Shown one piece after another: positions 61,331 to 64,000 of a stretch of 64,000 nt of DNA (within the stretch, counting starts at the first letter, position 1; every line of letters starts with the position of its first letter). Source of the stretch: an uncultured delta proteobacterium. GTDB lineage: Bacteria; Desulfobacterota; Binatia; UBA9968. The position numbers were made by a program, and so were the translations under genes. The notes under the pieces were generated by a model, which did no database searches, was not told where the DNA came from, and saw nothing but the letters and a program-made list of their open reading frames with translations. Location of the stretch: assembly GCA_963727625.1 (NCBI GenBank), contig CAVSHR010000011.1, positions 358,894 through 422,893 of the forward strand, written 5' to 3'.

Positions 61331-62209
61331 ATGAACCAGGGTTCGGAAATTGTCCTGCGCGCGACCGGCGATCATAAGTTGGCGGGGGAATGGGAGCTTG
61401 TGCTTCTGGCTCAGGGTCTCTCGCCGAGTATGCGTCCGTCCGGCGATGGGATCGCTCTTAGCGTGCCAAAAGCAGAGGCGGAAAGGGCGCGTGTGGCTCT
61501 TTTGGCCTACGACAAGGAGAACGAATCGAAACTCGTTGAAGAAAGCGAGCCAGGGGAGTCTCTGAGAGTAATGGCGGGAAGTGGCGTTTCGGCGATATTT
61601 ATTCTGCTGATGTTTTGTCTTACCTCGGTCTGGTTTCCGGGTGACTCTTGGTTCGAGCGCGGCGGCGCCGACGCCGATCGGATCCTTCACGGCGAGCTTT
61701 GGCGGACGGTGACCGCTCTCACCCTACATGCCGATGTCGTTCATGCGGTGAGCAATGCGGCGGCTGCCGCCATATTCTTTGGCATGGTATCCAGCCTGTT
61801 GGGATTGGGGCTAGGTTGTGCTCTGGTCCTGCTGGCCGGAGCCGGCGGGAATCTTGCCAACGCGTTTTTACACGGTTCGCCGCATGTCTCGATCGGAGCG
61901 TCCACCGCAGTCTTTGGCGCCGTCGGTTTAGTCAGCGGTTTGACCGTGGCCAAGCACCGGCGCGAACCGTCAAGCCGACGGCGTGCCTGGCTACCGATTG
62001 CCGCAGCGCTTGCTCTTCTCGGTATGCTCGGGAGCGGCGGTGTACGGGTCGATATTTGGGCGCACCTCTGCGGCCTTTTGCTCGGCGCGGTTCTAGGAAT
62101 CGCCGTCGGTTCACTGATGCCGCGTCCACCGGGGTTCCGTATCCAGTGGGTTTTCGGCAGCGCCGCAGTTGGTGTGCTGATCTACAGCTGGATGCTTGCG
62201 CTTGGTTGA
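61331..62209 (+). CDS. Rhomboid family intramembrane serine protease
   Basis: WRTVTALTLH, GAS catalytic Ser, and AHLCG. Confidence 0.9.
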   Translation: MNQGSEIVLRATGDHKLAGEWELVLLAQGLSPSMRPSGDGIALSVPKAEAERARVALLAYDKENESKLVEESEPGESLRVMAGSGVSAIFILLMFCLTSVWFPGDSWFERGGADADRILHGELWRTVTALTLHADVVHAVSNAAAAAIFFGMVSSLLGLGLGCALVLLAGAGGNLANAFLHGSPHVSIGASTAVFGAVGLVSGLTVAKHRREPSSRRRAWLPIAAALALLGMLGSGGVRVDIWAHLCGLLLGAVLGIAVGSLMPRPPGFRIQWVFGSAAVGVLIYSWMLALG

Positions 62210-62269
62210 AGCGATCGGCGAAACAGTAGACCGTAAAGTGGCACCCTGTCACCGCAGATGTAAACGAGG

Positions 62270-62525
62270 CGGAACCTGTCAATGAAATGAGACACACCCG
62301 GTTCAGAAATTACTGTACAAGATCGTCGCTCAGCTGATTTTCATCCCTACCCAAGATCCCTTCCCGATGGCTGATCGTTGGATATAAGGCAATTGTGAAA
62401 GCCGTTTTTCTGCTCGATGTCGATCATCGAGGGATTGACGACCTTTATGCTCTCGGTCGAAGGGATTTCTTTGGGTTTGTTGATCCACACCGCTGTCGGT
62501 AACAGAGCGGGCTGAGGAAGGTGTC
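62270..62525 (-). mobile_element. 3' remnant of a different IS3-like element
   Basis: Transposase tail PQPALLPTAVWINKP; terminal repeat-like GTGTCTCATTTCATTGACAGGTTCCG. Confidence 0.55.
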
Positions 62526-63844
62526 GTGGAGTGCGCCCCATTGACTGGAGAGAAAAGCAGAGAATTTGAGGTGGGTGCGATCGGCTCAACCAGCGGGCAA
62601 GATGGACCCGCAGCAAGGAGTCGGTCGATGGGAAAGCAGCGACGGAAATTCGAGGCAGGGTTCAAGCAACAGATCATCGGCGAGGTGGAGTCGGGGTTGT
62701 TAACCGTGAGCGCCGCTACTCGTAAGTATCAGATCTCGGGCAGCGTGATCGATCGGTGGCGGCAACAAGCCCGGCAGGGAACTGTTCAAGACTTTGCCAG
62801 CGTGCGGGAGAAGGCCTTGGAACGTGAGAACCGCGAGCTCAAGGAGAAGCTGGCCGAGCTGGATCTGGAAAACGCCCAGTTAAAAAAACTCGGGGACTGG
62901 CTACGGCGGCACAAAAGCGTCAGTACCTCGGTGATCAGCGCGCAGAGTTTGGCTCGATCGTCCAAGGACTTAAAATCATGAAGCTGGCATCGAGCAGTGA
63001 CTACTACCGGCCGCTGACCGATCTCCAAGAGCGAGATCGAAGTGACGCTTTACTGCGTGATCAGATCGAGCGGCTCCAAGGGGAGTTTCCCGGCTACGGC
63101 TATCGGCGGTTGGGCCGGCAGCTACGGCGCGAAGGGATTGTGGTCAACGACAAAAAGATCCGTCGCATCCAGAGGGAATACCAGCTATTTCCCATCCGCT
63201 GGCACAGTTTCAAGATCGCCAGCACCGATTCGAATCATGGGTACAAGATTTATCCGAATTTGCTCAGGGGGAAAGACTCTGACGGGAATCAATCAGGTCT
63301 GGGTAGCGGACATCGCCTACATCCGGATCTTGACGGGGTTTGTCTTTCTGGCGGCCATCCTGGATCGATATTCCCGTAAGGTCATCGGTTGGGCGATTTC
63401 CAAACGAATCGATGCCGAGCTGGGCTTGGCAGCTTTGAAAACCGCTCTGGAGACACGAAAGCCCCCGCCTGGCTGTATTCACCACTGTGATCGCGGGGTG
63501 CAGTACGCCCCTGGCGGGAATATATCGCCCTGCTCGAAGCGGCCAACATGCAGATCAGCATGTCGAGAACCGCCAATCCCTACGACAACGCCCACATGGA
63601 ATCGTTCTTTAAGACGCTAAAATACCAAGAGGTCCACCTGGCCAACTACCAGACCTACGACGATGTCCTGCAGAGGATTCCCCATTTCATCGAGCAGGTG
63701 TATAACAGCAAACGACTGCATTCGGCCCTGGGGTATCTACCGCCAAAGGGATACGAGATGGCACTTCGATCAACCACAAAAACTACCCCTCGCCCCTCCC
63801 TCAAATCTCGCTGAAATCTCTCCAGCCGAAGGGGCGCAGTCCAC
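62526..63844 (+). mobile_element. IS3 family element, copy 2 (OrfA 62628-62981; OrfB 62978-63814 with two frameshifts)
   Basis: Near-identical to 30088-31404 with the same IRs. Confidence 0.93.
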
Positions 63845-64000
63845 TTTGATTCATCTCTCCCAATATGTTTCTCTATCATCGGCGTATCCTTTCTCTGCCT
63901 GCTCCAACAGGCAGCCTTTCGTTTTAACTTCTCGAAAGGGTACGCCACCTATTTCCCATTTCCACTCTTTTTGATTTTAGCTCCGATCACCAGATGACCT

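Noticed and set aside
30088-63844. Composite transposon between the two IS3 copies
   Set aside because: The interval holds core genes (uvrB, uvrC, comEC) and the outer flanks show no target duplication.
63845-64000. Start of another transposase gene on the minus strand (MIEKHIGRDESK)
   Set aside because: Too short, and truncated by the IS, to assign.

Overview
GC-rich bacterial chromosome segment. The gene repertoire (many NitT/TauT- and AfuA-type binding proteins, bicupins, amidohydrolase, LigB-like gene, coiled-coil porin remnant) resembles Candidatus Binatia (Binatota); this taxonomy is inferred, not demonstrated. Layout: (1) 1-8.7 kb is a phosphate/polyphosphate cluster with pstS, a tandem thymidylate-kinase-like pair (candidate heteromeric PPK3-type polyP kinase), CHAD, sixA, ppx/gppA and decayed porin and PhoX-like genes, with 11-bp-period Pho-box-like repeats in most promoters. 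(2) arsR-arsC-acr3. (3) An AmpG-like MFS gene converging on senB-senA (selenoneine biosynthesis), co-oriented with a GH84 O-GlcNAcase. (4) About 21 kb of accessory DNA full of pseudogenes and mobile-element debris (group II intron 5' end, RAYT, hsdM tail, IS3, IS110 tail, TA module, NitT/TauT ABC transporter). (5) A second, unannotated GH84 5' remnant beside an FGE-domain remnant, lysE, a desaturase, egtD and a divergent EgtUV/OpuB-like ABC importer, suggesting (3) and (5) were once one extended selenoneine locus. (6) Core genes uvrB, uvrC and comEC, several enzymes, and a second IS3 copy. No rRNA, tRNA or CRISPR array was seen. All calls come from visual motif recognition, with no database searches.
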